Shown piece after piece: positions 8,917-18,339 of a stretch of DNA of 64,000 nt (positions are counted from its first letter, which is position 1; each line of letters begins with the position of its first letter). A program made the position numbers and the translations under genes. The stretch is from assembly GCA_963662335.2 (NCBI GenBank), contig CAXXVD010000002.1:256001-320000 (forward strand), in the 5' to 3' direction. A model generated the notes under the pieces. The model had not been told where the DNA came from, ran no database searches, and was given only the letters and a program-made list of their open reading frames with translations. This DNA is from Chloroflexota bacterium. GTDB lineage: Bacteria; Chloroflexota; UBA11872; VXOZ01.

Positions 8917-9942
8917 TTACATCGTATCCAGCGCCACGATCCGCTGCTCCGCCACCGACAGGTACGCTCCCCGGATGAGGCGCAGCGTGGCGATGCCGTC
9001 GGCCAGGCCTTGCACCGGCGCCGCGCCCGTTTCCAGGCAGCCGATGAAGTGGGCGATCTCCCGCGCGAACGTATCGGGCACTTGCAGTTCCTTCACCGCC
9101 GGCCGGTCCATGCCGTTCAGGTTGATTTCGATGCGCCCCGCCCCGGCCGAAAGCGTGCCCCGGTCGCCGACCACGTGGATGGTGTAGCCCGACGGCAGGT
9201 TCATCGCCCACGAACTGAGAATCTGACCGGTTGAACCGTTCGCGAACGTCACGAGCGCTTGCGCCGTATCCTCGCCGTCCAGTTGCGGCAGGCGGTGGTT
9301 GGTGAGCACCGCGCTCACGGTCACCGCCGGCGAACCGGCCAGGTAGAGCAGCCGGTAGGTCGGATGATAGCCGGTGTCGATGAGTTCGCCGCCGCCCATG
9401 AATTCCCGCTTGGAGCGCCAACTGCCGGGCGCGTGCGACCCGTGCGTGGTGGAGCCGGCCCTGACGTAGGGGCGGGTGATGAAGCAGTCGGCGGAGTGAA
9501 TCCAATAGACCTCACCCACCAGGCCGTCGTCGATGCGGGGCTTGATCTCCTGTATCGATTCCGTGAAGACCTGGTTGTGCGCGCACATGAGCGTGACGCC
9601 GCTCGCCTCGACGGCCGCCTTGATCTCCGCGGCCTCGTCCAGGTCCAGGCAGAGCGGTTTCTCGATGAGGATGTGCTTGCCGGCGTTTGCCGCCGCCACC
9701 GCGGCCTCCTTGTGGACGTGGTGCGGCAGGCAGATGTCCACCGCGTCCACGCTGGAGTTCTGCAGGAGTTCGTGGAAGTCCGCGTAGACCTGCGCGCCGC
9801 CCACCTGCGCCGCGCGCCCCTGGGCGGCCGTATCCACCACGTCCGCCACCGCCACCACTTTGGCGCGGCCGCTGTTGGCGAGCCAGCCCCGCGCGTGGCC
9901 GTTGCTGATGCCGCCGCATCCGATTATGCCAACGCCTAACAT
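8917..9942 (-). CDS. Gfo/Idh/MocA family oxidoreductase
   Basis: GIIGCGGI Rossmann motif, GKHILIEKP, GGGELIDTGYH. Confidence 0.9.
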   Translation of the reverse strand: MLGVGIIGCGGISNGHARGWLANSGRAKVVAVADVVDTAAQGRAAQVGGAQVYADFHELLQNSSVDAVDICLPHHVHKEAAVAAANAGKHILIEKPLCLDLDEAAEIKAAVEASGVTLMCAHNQVFTESIQEIKPRIDDGLVGEVYWIHSADCFITRPYVRAGSTTHGSHAPGSWRSKREFMGGGELIDTGYHPTYRLLYLAGSPAVTVSAVLTNHRLPQLDGEDTAQALVTFANGSTGQILSSWAMNLPSGYTIHVVGDRGTLSAGAGRIEINLNGMDRPAVKELQVPDTFAREIAHFIGCLETGAAPVQGLADGIATLRLIRGAYLSVAEQRIVALDTM

Positions 9943-10088
9943 TCGCGCTTGCGTCCTTTCCGGTACAATAAGCGTGTCTAACAGGCAAGACATCTCCTAT
10001 TATGAGCGTTTGCGCACCGAGCGCAAGCATAGAGAGCCGGTTTCCGCCGTAGCGCGGGGGCTTGTCCCCCGCCGGCCGGGGATGCCCC

Positions 10089-10250
10089 CGATGATGTCGC
10101 ATTAAGCAGAAAGACAGCCAAACTCGCGTCCAAAATCTCCGGCTTCGCAGGTTTGTAACCTGCGAAGCCGTTAGGTCAATCCTTTGCATGTCAGCTTCAA
10201 TGGCGCCGGCGGGGGACAAGCCCCCGCGCTACGTTAATGCGACTACACTG
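10089..10250 (-). mobile_element. REP-carrying MITE, copy 1
   Basis: TIRs CGATGATGTCGCATTAA / TTAATGCGACTACACTG; flanks GGGATGCCCC / GGGATACCCC; interior is the reverse complement of the 18063 copy. Confidence 0.75.
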
Positions 10251-10312
10251 GGGATACCCCCTCACCCTAACCCTCTCCCCCGTGGAGAGGGAACGAAGAG
10301 GAGCAATTACCC

Positions 10313-11317
10313 ATGCAAACCACCCAGATCGTCTTTCCCAAGCCGAACGAGGTCACGCTGGAAACCGCCGCGCTGCCGCCGCTGGGGCCGCGCGACGTGC
10401 TGGTGCGCACCGAGGCCAGCCTGATCAGCGCCGGCACGGAACTCTCGAACCTGCGCGGCGACCTCAATTACGACAACTTTCCCAAGTATCCGGGCTACTC
10501 CAACGTGGGCGTCGTGGAGCGCGTGGGTGAGCAGATTAGCGATTTTGCCGCCGGCGACCGGGTGCTCAGCAACGGCCGCCACGCATCCCACCACGTCGTT
10601 AGCCGCGCCGCCGGCCGCACCGGCGCGCCGCAGACGTTGCTGCGCGTGCCGGACGGCGTGGACCCGGCCGACGCCACCTTCACCACCCTGGGCGCGGTGG
10701 CCATGCACGGCATTCGCAAGGCCGAACCCAAGCTGGGCCAGGCCGCCGCCGTGGTCGGGCAGGGCGTGGTGGGGCAACTCCTCTGCCAACTGCTGCGCCT
10801 CAACGGCGTCCATCCGGTAATTGGCATCGACGTCTTTCCCGCGCGGCTGGACGCGGGCGCCAAGAGCGGCACGCCCGTGCTTGTCAATGCGGAAGAAGAG
10901 GACGTCGTGCAACGGGCTATGCAAGAGACCGGCGGCGCGGGCGTGAATCTGGGCTTCGACGCCACCCGCAGCGGCACGGCCCTGCGCGCCCTGATGGACA
11001 TGGCCGCCCAAAGCGGCAAGATCCTCCTGGTGGGCAGCATCCCGCGCACGGCGGAATTGCCCCTCTTCGACCCGCTCCAGACTAAGGAACTCAGCATCAT
11101 GGGCGTGCTGCAACCGCGCTCGCCGCTGGTCGCGCACGCCTACTACCCGTGGACGCAGCAGCGCAACCGCGCCGAAATCCTGGACTTGCTCGCGCGCAAG
11201 TCCCTGCGGGTCGACCATCTCATCACCCACCGCCTGCCGCCGGCGCACGCGCCCCAGGCCTACGACATGATCGCCCGCGGCGGTTCCGACTGGCTGGGCG
11301 TGGTTTTCGCATGGTAA
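10313..11317 (+). CDS. MDR-family (zinc-binding type) alcohol dehydrogenase
   Basis: SLISAGTE, PGYSNVG, VVGQGVVG, LITHR motifs; GAGGAG RBS. Confidence 0.88.
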   Translation: MQTTQIVFPKPNEVTLETAALPPLGPRDVLVRTEASLISAGTELSNLRGDLNYDNFPKYPGYSNVGVVERVGEQISDFAAGDRVLSNGRHASHHVVSRAAGRTGAPQTLLRVPDGVDPADATFTTLGAVAMHGIRKAEPKLGQAAAVVGQGVVGQLLCQLLRLNGVHPVIGIDVFPARLDAGAKSGTPVLVNAEEEDVVQRAMQETGGAGVNLGFDATRSGTALRALMDMAAQSGKILLVGSIPRTAELPLFDPLQTKELSIMGVLQPRSPLVAHAYYPWTQQRNRAEILDLLARKSLRVDHLITHRLPPAHAPQAYDMIARGGSDWLGVVFAW

Positions 11318-11411
11318 AGCGCCCGGTCTCTTCAATGCTAACGTGCGCGCTAGCGGTCTTGCGTGTAGGCTTCAGAGTTTACATGTCAGCATCTTAGACT
11401 GCTCCTCGCTA

Positions 11412-11563
11412 TGTCATTCTGAGGAGCGCAGCGACGAAGAATCCAGTGCGCGGGCAGCCATAGATTCCTCGCTGCGCTCGGAATGACACTAGCGGAGTTC
11501 ATTTATTGGAATGACACTATCGGAACTACACTGTCGGAGTGACATTATCGGAATGGCACTAGC
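11412..11563. repeat. REP inverted pair followed by six degenerate 14-bp tandem units
   Basis: GGAATGACACTAGC-like units at 11480, 11494, 11508, 11522, 11536, 11550. Confidence 0.75.
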
Positions 11564-11700
11564 TGTCAACGCCCTCTCGTGAAGAGAAGATTCTGTCAAC
11601 CAATTGCCTGGCGCTTACAGGGATTACAGGGAATACCGTCCCGCGACATAACCAGGTCTAGCTCTTCCTAACGTCACCAAGCACCCACTGCGCCGCTAAC

Positions 11701-11729
11701 TTGACACCGTACGCGCGGTGTTCTATGTT
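11701..11729 (+). promoter_or_regulatory. putative sigma70 promoter
   Basis: TTGACA-17 bp-TATGTT upstream of ATG 11777. Confidence 0.55.
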
Positions 11730-11776
11730 GAACCTGCATCTTTAGGCAGACTGGTAGTGCGTAGGAGGTATACGCA

Positions 11777-13165
11777 ATGAGAGGCACAGGAAGACTGAGC
11801 CGGCGCTCCCTGCTTGGTTGGGGTGGCGCGGTAGGCGGCGGCGCTTTGCTGGCGGCCTGCGGCGCGCAGGCGACCGGCGGCGCGGCGGAGCCCGAGGCCG
11901 AAGCCGAAGCCGAGGCCCCCAAGGCCGAGGCGGAGCAGCCGGCCCCCGAGCAGCGCCTGATCGTGCACACCGACTGGTGGCGGCCCGGCGGCGCGCCCAC
12001 CATTCAGGAGTACTTCGACGGCATCAAGGGCGACTTCATGGAGCTCAACCCCGGCGTGACCGTCGAGTCGGTGCACGTGCGCGGCACGCTCGGTTTGCAG
12101 GACCAGGTGACCACGATGATTGCCGCCGGCGAGCAGGTCGACTCCTCGCAGGTCTCGGTAGCCTTCATCCTCAATTGGTTGCTGAAGGATTTTCTGCAGC
12201 CGCTCGATCCGTTCCAGGCCAAGGACCCGGATACGGCGCCGGATAAGTTCGTGGACTCCGGCCGCTTCTTCAACGTGCACAATGGCCAGACTTACGGCAT
12301 CCCGTACGACGGCCCCTCAACCGTTGTGATGGGGATCAACACGCGCTTGTTGACGGACGCCGGCCTCGACACCGATCGCGAAGTCACCTGGAATTGGGAT
12401 TGGGACCAGTTCCTGGAATATGCGCAGAAGGCGCACGAGACGGATGGCGAGAATATTACGCGCATGGGCTATCGCACCGGCGGCTTCAGCCTGTCCGGCA
12501 TCGGTCGGTGGCTCTATCCCAACGGCGCTACCCTGTATACTGCGGACAATACGGCAGCGGCCTTCGATTCCGCACAGGGCATTGCCGCGGGTCAGTTCAA
12601 GGAAGACCTGAAGATCAAGCACAAGTTCGACCCCTTGCCGGAAGGCGCGACCTTCGTCAACGAGCAAGTCGTCATTTCCCAACAGGGTTCCTGGAGTGTC
12701 GGCTACATCTTCGGCAACAATGAGACCCTTGAGTTTGACTTTGCGCCCATACCCAAGGGTCCCAGCGGTGAGAACCCGGGTAGCATGACCTGGACGAACC
12801 AGTGGTGCCTCTTCAGTGTCTCCCCGGACCCCGAACTGGCGTGGAGTTGGATGAGTTGGGTCAATAGCGAGCCCACGCTGGAGAAGTACTTTGCCGGCAT
12901 CCTCTCCCGCAACGCTGGCCGCAAGGAATTCTACCAGAGCGAAGCCTGGAAGGCGCGCACCGACGAGCGGCCGGTGCTGAAGGACCTGGAGATAATCGCC
13001 GACAATTCCGGCCCGTACCCGTGGCTCCACACGTCCGCGGGCAACGAGGCGACCAAGCCGGTGTGGGACGCCCTGAATAACCAGGAACTCACCGTGCAAG
13101 AGGCCTTCCCGCAGGCCGCGGGGCTGCTCAACGGCGTATTGGAGGAGCTGGGCACACCTAGTTAG
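11777..13165 (+). CDS. Tat-exported carbohydrate ABC transporter solute-binding lipoprotein, paralog 1
   Basis: SRRSLL twin-Arg, LAAC lipobox, Ala/Glu linker, YGIPYD and W.WD.FLEYAQK motifs of SBP_bac_1. Confidence 0.88.
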   Translation: MRGTGRLSRRSLLGWGGAVGGGALLAACGAQATGGAAEPEAEAEAEAPKAEAEQPAPEQRLIVHTDWWRPGGAPTIQEYFDGIKGDFMELNPGVTVESVHVRGTLGLQDQVTTMIAAGEQVDSSQVSVAFILNWLLKDFLQPLDPFQAKDPDTAPDKFVDSGRFFNVHNGQTYGIPYDGPSTVVMGINTRLLTDAGLDTDREVTWNWDWDQFLEYAQKAHETDGENITRMGYRTGGFSLSGIGRWLYPNGATLYTADNTAAAFDSAQGIAAGQFKEDLKIKHKFDPLPEGATFVNEQVVISQQGSWSVGYIFGNNETLEFDFAPIPKGPSGENPGSMTWTNQWCLFSVSPDPELAWSWMSWVNSEPTLEKYFAGILSRNAGRKEFYQSEAWKARTDERPVLKDLEIIADNSGPYPWLHTSAGNEATKPVWDALNNQELTVQEAFPQAAGLLNGVLEELGTPS

Positions 13166-13200
13166 GCTCTTTCCTCTGCTCTTTAGTACAGCAGTAGAGA

Positions 13201-13235
13201 CTGGGCGGGTTGCACAACCCGCCCAGTTTTCTTTT
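13201..13235 (+). terminator. intrinsic terminator
   Basis: CTGGGCGGGTT-GCAC-AACCCGCCCAG followed by TTTTCTTTT. Confidence 0.85.
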
Positions 13236-13320
13236 GCTATGACCGCGCCCTACATGCTCTCGAAGGGGAGAGTGGCGCTTCAAGTTAAAGACCGTCGTTA
13301 AGCGGAGTCTTGTCAGCTTG

Positions 13321-13349
13321 TTGACAGCAGATAAACGGCCTAGTACCGT
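13321..13349 (+). promoter_or_regulatory. putative sigma70 promoter
   Basis: TTGACA-17 bp-TACCGT; same design as 14929-14957. Confidence 0.55.
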
Positions 13350-13418
13350 AAGTGCTACGGCACTGTTCCACGCAGAACATGCCGAGAGTAGGTTGGTAGT
13401 GCGTAGGAGGTATACGCG

Positions 13419-14804
13419 ATGAGAAGCACAGGACGTTTTAGCCGACGCTCTCTCCTCGGCTGGAGTGGCGTGGTAGGCGGCGGCGTATTGCTCGCAGCCT
13501 GCGGCGCGGCGCCTGCCGCCATGGAGGGCGAAGGCGAGATGGAGGCCAAGGAAGAAGAGGCCCCCAAGGCCGAGGCGGAAGAGAAGGCGGCTGAGCCGCG
13601 CCTGATCGTGCACACCGACTGGTGGCGGCCCGGTGGCGCGCCCACCATTCAGGAGTACTTCGACGGCATCAAGGGCGACTTCATGGAGTTGAACCCCGAC
13701 ATCACCGTCGAGTCGGTCCACGTGCGGGGCACCATCGGCCTGCAGGACCACGTCACGACGATGATTGCCGCCGGCGAGCAGGTGGACTCCTCGCAGGTTT
13801 CGGTAGCCTTCATCCTCAACTGGCTGCTGAAAGACTTCCTGGCGCCGTTGGATCCCTATCAGGCCGCGGATCCGTCCATGGCGCCCGACAAGTTCGTGGA
13901 TTCCGGCCGTTTCTTCAACCAGCACGGCGGCATGACCTACGGCATCCCGTACGACGGCCCCTCCACCACCGTGGTTGGGATCAACACGCGGCTGCTCACG
14001 GACGCCGGCCTCGATCCCGATCGCGAAGTTACCTGGAATTGGGACTGGGACACGTTCCTGGAGTACGCGCAGCAGGCGCACGAAGTGTCTGGCGAAAACA
14101 TCGTGCGCATGGGCTACCGGCCGGGCAGTTTCTCCATTTACCATCTCGGGCGGTGGGTCTACGTCAATGGCGGCCGGCTCTATAGCGATGATAATTCGGA
14201 GGCCGTCTTCGATTCGCCGCAGGCCATCGCCGGGGGCCAGTTCATGGAAGACCTGAAGCTCAAGCACAAGTTCGACCCGGTGCCGGAAGGCGCGACCTTC
14301 CAGAACGAGCAGTTGGTGATGGACATTCAAGGCTCGTGGCGCGTCGGCTACCTGCTCGGCGAGAATCCCGACCTGGAGTTCGACTTTACGCCGTATCCCC
14401 AGGGCCCCGACGGCGCGGCGCCGGGCAGCTTGACCTGGACGAACCAGTGGTGCCTCTTCGGCGTCTCGCCGGATCCGGACCTCGCCTGGTCGTGGATTGC
14501 CTGGGTGAACAGCGAAGCCACCCTGGAGAAGTACTTCGCCGGCATCCTCTCCCGCAACGCCGGCCGCAAGGAGTTCTACCAGAGCGAGCCGTGGCAGAAG
14601 ATCGTGGCCGAACGGCCGGTGTTGAAGGACATCGAGACGATCGCAGACACGTCCGGCCCGTATCCGTGGATCCACACGTCCGCGGGCAACGAAGCCACCA
14701 AGCCGGTGTGGGACGCCCTGAACAATCAGGAACTCACCGTGCAGGAGGCCCTGCCCCAGGCCGTGAAATTGCTCAATGGCGTTTTGGAGGAGTTGGGCAC
14801 CTAA
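13419..14804 (+). CDS. Tat-exported carbohydrate ABC transporter solute-binding lipoprotein, paralog 2
   Basis: SRRSLL, LAAC; highly similar to 11777-13165. Confidence 0.88.
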   Translation: MRSTGRFSRRSLLGWSGVVGGGVLLAACGAAPAAMEGEGEMEAKEEEAPKAEAEEKAAEPRLIVHTDWWRPGGAPTIQEYFDGIKGDFMELNPDITVESVHVRGTIGLQDHVTTMIAAGEQVDSSQVSVAFILNWLLKDFLAPLDPYQAADPSMAPDKFVDSGRFFNQHGGMTYGIPYDGPSTTVVGINTRLLTDAGLDPDREVTWNWDWDTFLEYAQQAHEVSGENIVRMGYRPGSFSIYHLGRWVYVNGGRLYSDDNSEAVFDSPQAIAGGQFMEDLKLKHKFDPVPEGATFQNEQLVMDIQGSWRVGYLLGENPDLEFDFTPYPQGPDGAAPGSLTWTNQWCLFGVSPDPDLAWSWIAWVNSEATLEKYFAGILSRNAGRKEFYQSEPWQKIVAERPVLKDIETIADTSGPYPWIHTSAGNEATKPVWDALNNQELTVQEALPQAVKLLNGVLEELGT

Positions 14805-14842
14805 GCGGCTGTCCCATTTGCCTTTTCATACGGCAAGCGAGA

Positions 14843-14881
14843 CTGGGCGGGTTCGCGCGAACCCGCCCAGTTCTTTCGTTT
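14843..14881 (+). terminator. intrinsic terminator
   Basis: CTGGGCGGGTTCG-CG-CGAACCCGCCCAG then TTCTTTCGTTT. Confidence 0.8.
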
Positions 14882-14928
14882 CACCCTCTTTCCTTCCCGC
14901 GCCTGCGCATCAACCCGCCGCCAGCGCG

Positions 14929-14957
14929 TTGACAGCGGAACGCTGAATTAGTACCGT
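14929..14957 (+). promoter_or_regulatory. putative rny promoter
   Basis: TTGACA-17 bp-TACCGT. Confidence 0.55.
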
Positions 14958-15080
14958 TAGTGTGGGCGATTAGTTACGCTAGCGGTAGCTGCACGCCCCG
15001 AACGAAAACATGATTGCCACCAGTGGTGATTGAGATGTTTCGACTGCTTACACGGTATCGCGGAGAGGAAGGCAAAGGGC

Positions 15081-16610
15081 ATGGAGCTATGGATGCTTGT
15101 CGTGCCTCTGCTTGTCCTAATCCCTGGAGCTTTTGTAGTAGGATTTTGGGCGCAACGGCTAATCCAGCATCGGAATACCCAGGCGGCGGCGGCTGAAGCG
15201 CAGAGGCTCTTGGAGGATGCAGAGACAACACGAAAACGCATGGCGGTGGAGGCCAAAGATGAGGCGCTGCGGCTCAAAACCAAAGCGGAGGAGGAGATCG
15301 GACGTTGGCGGGGCGAACTCACCCGCACCGAGCGCCGCCTGCAACAGCGCGAAGAGACGCTAGAGCAACGCGCGACGCAGGCCGAACGGCGCGAAAAGAA
15401 GATCGGCGACCAGGAGAAGCGCGTCGACCGCGAGCGCAACGCGGTCAACGAACTGCGCCAGCAGCAGATCAGCGAACTCGAGCGCATCGCCCAGATGACG
15501 GCCGACGAGGCCAAAGCGGTGCTCACCCAGAGCATCGAGGACGAGGTGCGCGCAGAGTGCACCCGCATGATCAAGCAGCTTGAAGCGTCCGCGCGCGAGG
15601 AATCCGAGCGCAGCGCGCGCCGCGTCATCGCCACGGCCATCCAACGCCTGGCCGCCGACCATACCGTGGAATCCACGGTCTCGGTCGTCACCCTGCCCAA
15701 CGAGGAGATGAAAGGCCGCATCATCGGCCGCGAGGGACGCAACATCCGCGCCCTGGAACTCCTCACCGGCGTTGACCTCATCATCGACGATACCCCCGAG
15801 GCGGTGGTGCTCTCGGCCCACGACCCGGTGCGGCGCGAGGTGGCGCGCGTAGCCCTCACCCGCCTCATCCAGGATGGGCGCATCCACCCGGCCCGCATCG
15901 AGGAGATGGTGGGCAAGGCCGACAAGGAGATCGAGGACACGATCTGGGAGGAGGGCGAACAGGCGGCGGACCTGGCGCAGGTGCGCGGCTTGCCCGCCGA
16001 GATGGTGCGCCTCCTCGGCCGGCTGCGCTACCGCTCCAGCTACGGCCAGAACGTGCTGGCGCACAGCGTGGAAGTGGCGCAACTGGCCGCGAGCATGGCC
16101 GCGGAAATCGGCGCCGACGTGAACGTGGGCCGCCGCGCCGGCCTGCTGCACGACGTGGGCAAGGCAATCGACGCCGACGTGGAAGGCCCCCACGCGCTGG
16201 TGGGCGCGGAAATGGTGCGCCGCTACAACCAATCGCCGAAAGTCGTCCACGCCGTCGCCGCCCACCACAACGACGAGGAGCCGCGCACGGTGGAGGCCTT
16301 CATCGTTTCGGCGGCGGACGCCATCTCCGCCTCGCGGCCGGGCGCGCGCCGGGATTCGATCGAGCGCTACATGCAGCGCCTGCGGGCGCTGGAATCCGTG
16401 GCCAACTCTTTCTCCGGCGTGGAGAAATCATACGCCATCCAGGCCGGACGCGAGGTGCGCATCATGGTGCGTCCCGACGAAATCGACGAGTTGGGCGCGG
16501 TGCGCCTTTCCCGCGACATCTGCAAGCGCATCGAGGAGTCGCTGGAATACCCGGGCCAGGTAAAGGTCACCCTGATCCGGGAGACGCGGGTGGTGGACTA
16601 CGCTCGCTAA
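15081..16610 (+). CDS. rny: ribonuclease Y
   Basis: N-terminal TM, coiled coil, KH motif [16 protein letters not shown] motif [24 protein letters not shown]. Confidence 0.97.
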   Translation: MELWMLVVPLLVLIPGAFVVGFWAQRLIQHRNTQAAAAEAQRLLEDAETTRKRMAVEAKDEALRLKTKAEEEIGRWRGELTRTERRLQQREETLEQRATQAERREKKIGDQEKRVDRERNAVNELRQQQISELERIAQMTADEAKAVLTQSIEDEVRAECTRMIKQLEASAREESERSARRVIATAIQRLAADHTVESTVSVVTLPNEEMKGRIIGREGRNIRALELLTGVDLIIDDTPEAVVLSAHDPVRREVARVALTRLIQDGRIHPARIEEMVGKADKEIEDTIWEEGEQAADLAQVRGLPAEMVRLLGRLRYRSSYGQNVLAHSVEVAQLAASMAAEIGADVNVGRRAGLLHDVGKAIDADVEGPHALVGAEMVRRYNQSPKVVHAVAAHHNDEEPRTVEAFIVSAADAISASRPGARRDSIERYMQRLRALESVANSFSGVEKSYAIQAGREVRIMVRPDEIDELGAVRLSRDICKRIEESLEYPGQVKVTLIRETRVVDYAR

Positions 16611-16718
16611 AGCGGGTACGCCCGGTAAACCGGGTACGCCCGGTAAACCGGGTTCGCTCGCTAAAGCGGGTACGCCCGGTAAACTGGATACGCCAGATAG
16701 ACCGGGAACGCCCGGTAG
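16601..16718. repeat. 18-bp tandem mini-hairpin array (~6.5 units)
   Basis: CGCTCGCTAAAGCGGGTA / CGCCCGGTAAACCGGGTA units with an 18-bp period. Confidence 0.85.
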
Positions 16719-16799
16719 CGCGCGAGACCGGAGGCTGCTCGCTGAGAGTCGCCGAGGCGACGAACGTTGCAGCCAACAACGGAAGCCGGAGGGGAGCGG

Positions 16800-17060
16800 A
16801 TGGAAATCCTTAAGGTGGCGTCGCAATCCAAGCCGACGGCCGTGGCCGGCGCGATCGCCGGCGTGATGCGGGAAAGCGGCCGCGCCGAAGTCCAGGCGAT
16901 CGGCGCGGGCGCGGTGAACCAGGCCGTCAAGTCCATCGTCATCGCGCGCGGCTACCTGGCGCCCAGCGGCATCGACCTCATTTGCATTCCCGCCTTCATC
17001 GAGGTGACGGTCGAGAGCGGCGAGCGCACCGCGATCAAGTTCCTCCTCGAATCACGCTAG
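16800..17060 (+). CDS. spoVS: stage V sporulation protein S family
   Basis: MEILKVAS.S.P.AVAGAIAG, QAIGAGAVNQAVK, GIDLICIPAF. Confidence 0.95.
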   Translation: MEILKVASQSKPTAVAGAIAGVMRESGRAEVQAIGAGAVNQAVKSIVIARGYLAPSGIDLICIPAFIEVTVESGERTAIKFLLESR

Positions 17061-17084
17061 TTCCCGTAGCATAGGAGACTGCGT

Positions 17085-17993
17085 ATGTATCCCAATGGCG
17101 CGGACTTCGCCCTCAGCCTGACGTTCGACGTCGAGATGTGCAGCAATTTTCCCTACTGGACGTCCGTATGGGACCACCGCAAAGGCGCCATCGACGCGGA
17201 CAGCAAACTCTACATGGGCAAGATGCTGGACGTGGCGGATACGTATGGGGTCAAGCTGCAATTCTTCCTGGTGGGCCGCGCGCTGGAAGATCCGGACATC
17301 GACTACCTCAAGCGCATGGCCGCCGAAGGCCACGCGGTGGATAACCACACCTACAACCACGTGAACGTGAAGGCGCGGGAGATCCCGCAACTCCAGCCGG
17401 TCTACGCCAACGCGCCCTGGCGCGCCGCCGGCCTCGATGCCCTGGAATGCATCCGGCGCGAGGTGCGCCAGACTTCCACGGCCATTGCGGAAAAGCTCGG
17501 CGCGGCTCCTACCGGCTTCCGCACGCCCGGCGGCTTCAACAACGGCCTGGACGACGCGCCGGCGGTGCAGGACGTCCTGCGCGACGAGGGCATGGCATAC
17601 GCCTCGGCGCGCTACTATTTTCCGGTGGATCCACAGCGGAAACGTCCGGCGGCGGACGTGCTGAATCAAGCGATGGAAGCCAGCATCGACGCGCTCCAGC
17701 CTTCCCGCTATCCCAACGGCCTGCCGGAACTGCCTTTGGCGGGCATCACCGACATCTGGGCGTTCCGCGTGCTGGACCTGGACCGCTGGGAGTTCATCGA
17801 CGTGCTGAAACACGGCATCGATCACGCCCACGCCCACCGGCAGGCGCTGAGCCTCTGCTTCCATCCGCCGGTGCTTGCCGTGCGCGACCCGCACTGCGAC
17901 ATGCTGCACGGCATCCTGCGCTACGCTCTGGATAAACCCGGCGGCTGCTGGATTACGACGAACCAGGAGATGGCGGCGCATACGCTAAACTAG
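17085..17993 (+). CDS. polysaccharide deacetylase (NodB/CE4) family, paralog 1
   Basis: LTFDVE, HTYNH, GFRTPGG, CFHP motifs. Confidence 0.85.
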   Translation: MYPNGADFALSLTFDVEMCSNFPYWTSVWDHRKGAIDADSKLYMGKMLDVADTYGVKLQFFLVGRALEDPDIDYLKRMAAEGHAVDNHTYNHVNVKAREIPQLQPVYANAPWRAAGLDALECIRREVRQTSTAIAEKLGAAPTGFRTPGGFNNGLDDAPAVQDVLRDEGMAYASARYYFPVDPQRKRPAADVLNQAMEASIDALQPSRYPNGLPELPLAGITDIWAFRVLDLDRWEFIDVLKHGIDHAHAHRQALSLCFHPPVLAVRDPHCDMLHGILRYALDKPGGCWITTNQEMAAHTLN

Positions 17994-18062
17994 CCGCCGG
18001 GATTCGGTAGCGGCGCGGCAGATAATCCGTTTGCGCCGGACTGGGAAGCGGGGGACAAGCCC

Positions 18063-18224
18063 CAATGTTGTCGCATAAACGTAGCGCGGGGGCTTGTCCC
18101 CCGCCGGAGCCATTTGAGCAGACATGCAAAGGATTGACCTAATAGATTCGCAGGTTACAAACCTGCGCTGCTGGAGATTCTGAGCGCGAGTGTTGCTGTC
18201 TTTCTCTTTAATGCGACAGCATTG
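18063..18224 (+). mobile_element. REP-carrying MITE, copy 2
   Basis: TIRs CAATGTTGTCGCATAAA / TTAATGCGACAGCATTG; flanks GGGACAAGCCC / GGGACAAGGCG; inserted in a REP. Confidence 0.78.
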
Positions 18225-18339
18225 GGGACAAGGCGACAGCATTAGCGACAAGTCCCCGCGCTACGGCAGACAATCCGTTCGCGCTGAGCCTGTCGAAGCG
18301 CAATCCGCATCGAGCACACCAACACAAAAGGACTCACAC

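Noticed and set aside
16800-17060. spoVS as evidence of sporulation
   Set aside because: SpoVS homologs are widespread in non-sporulating lineages
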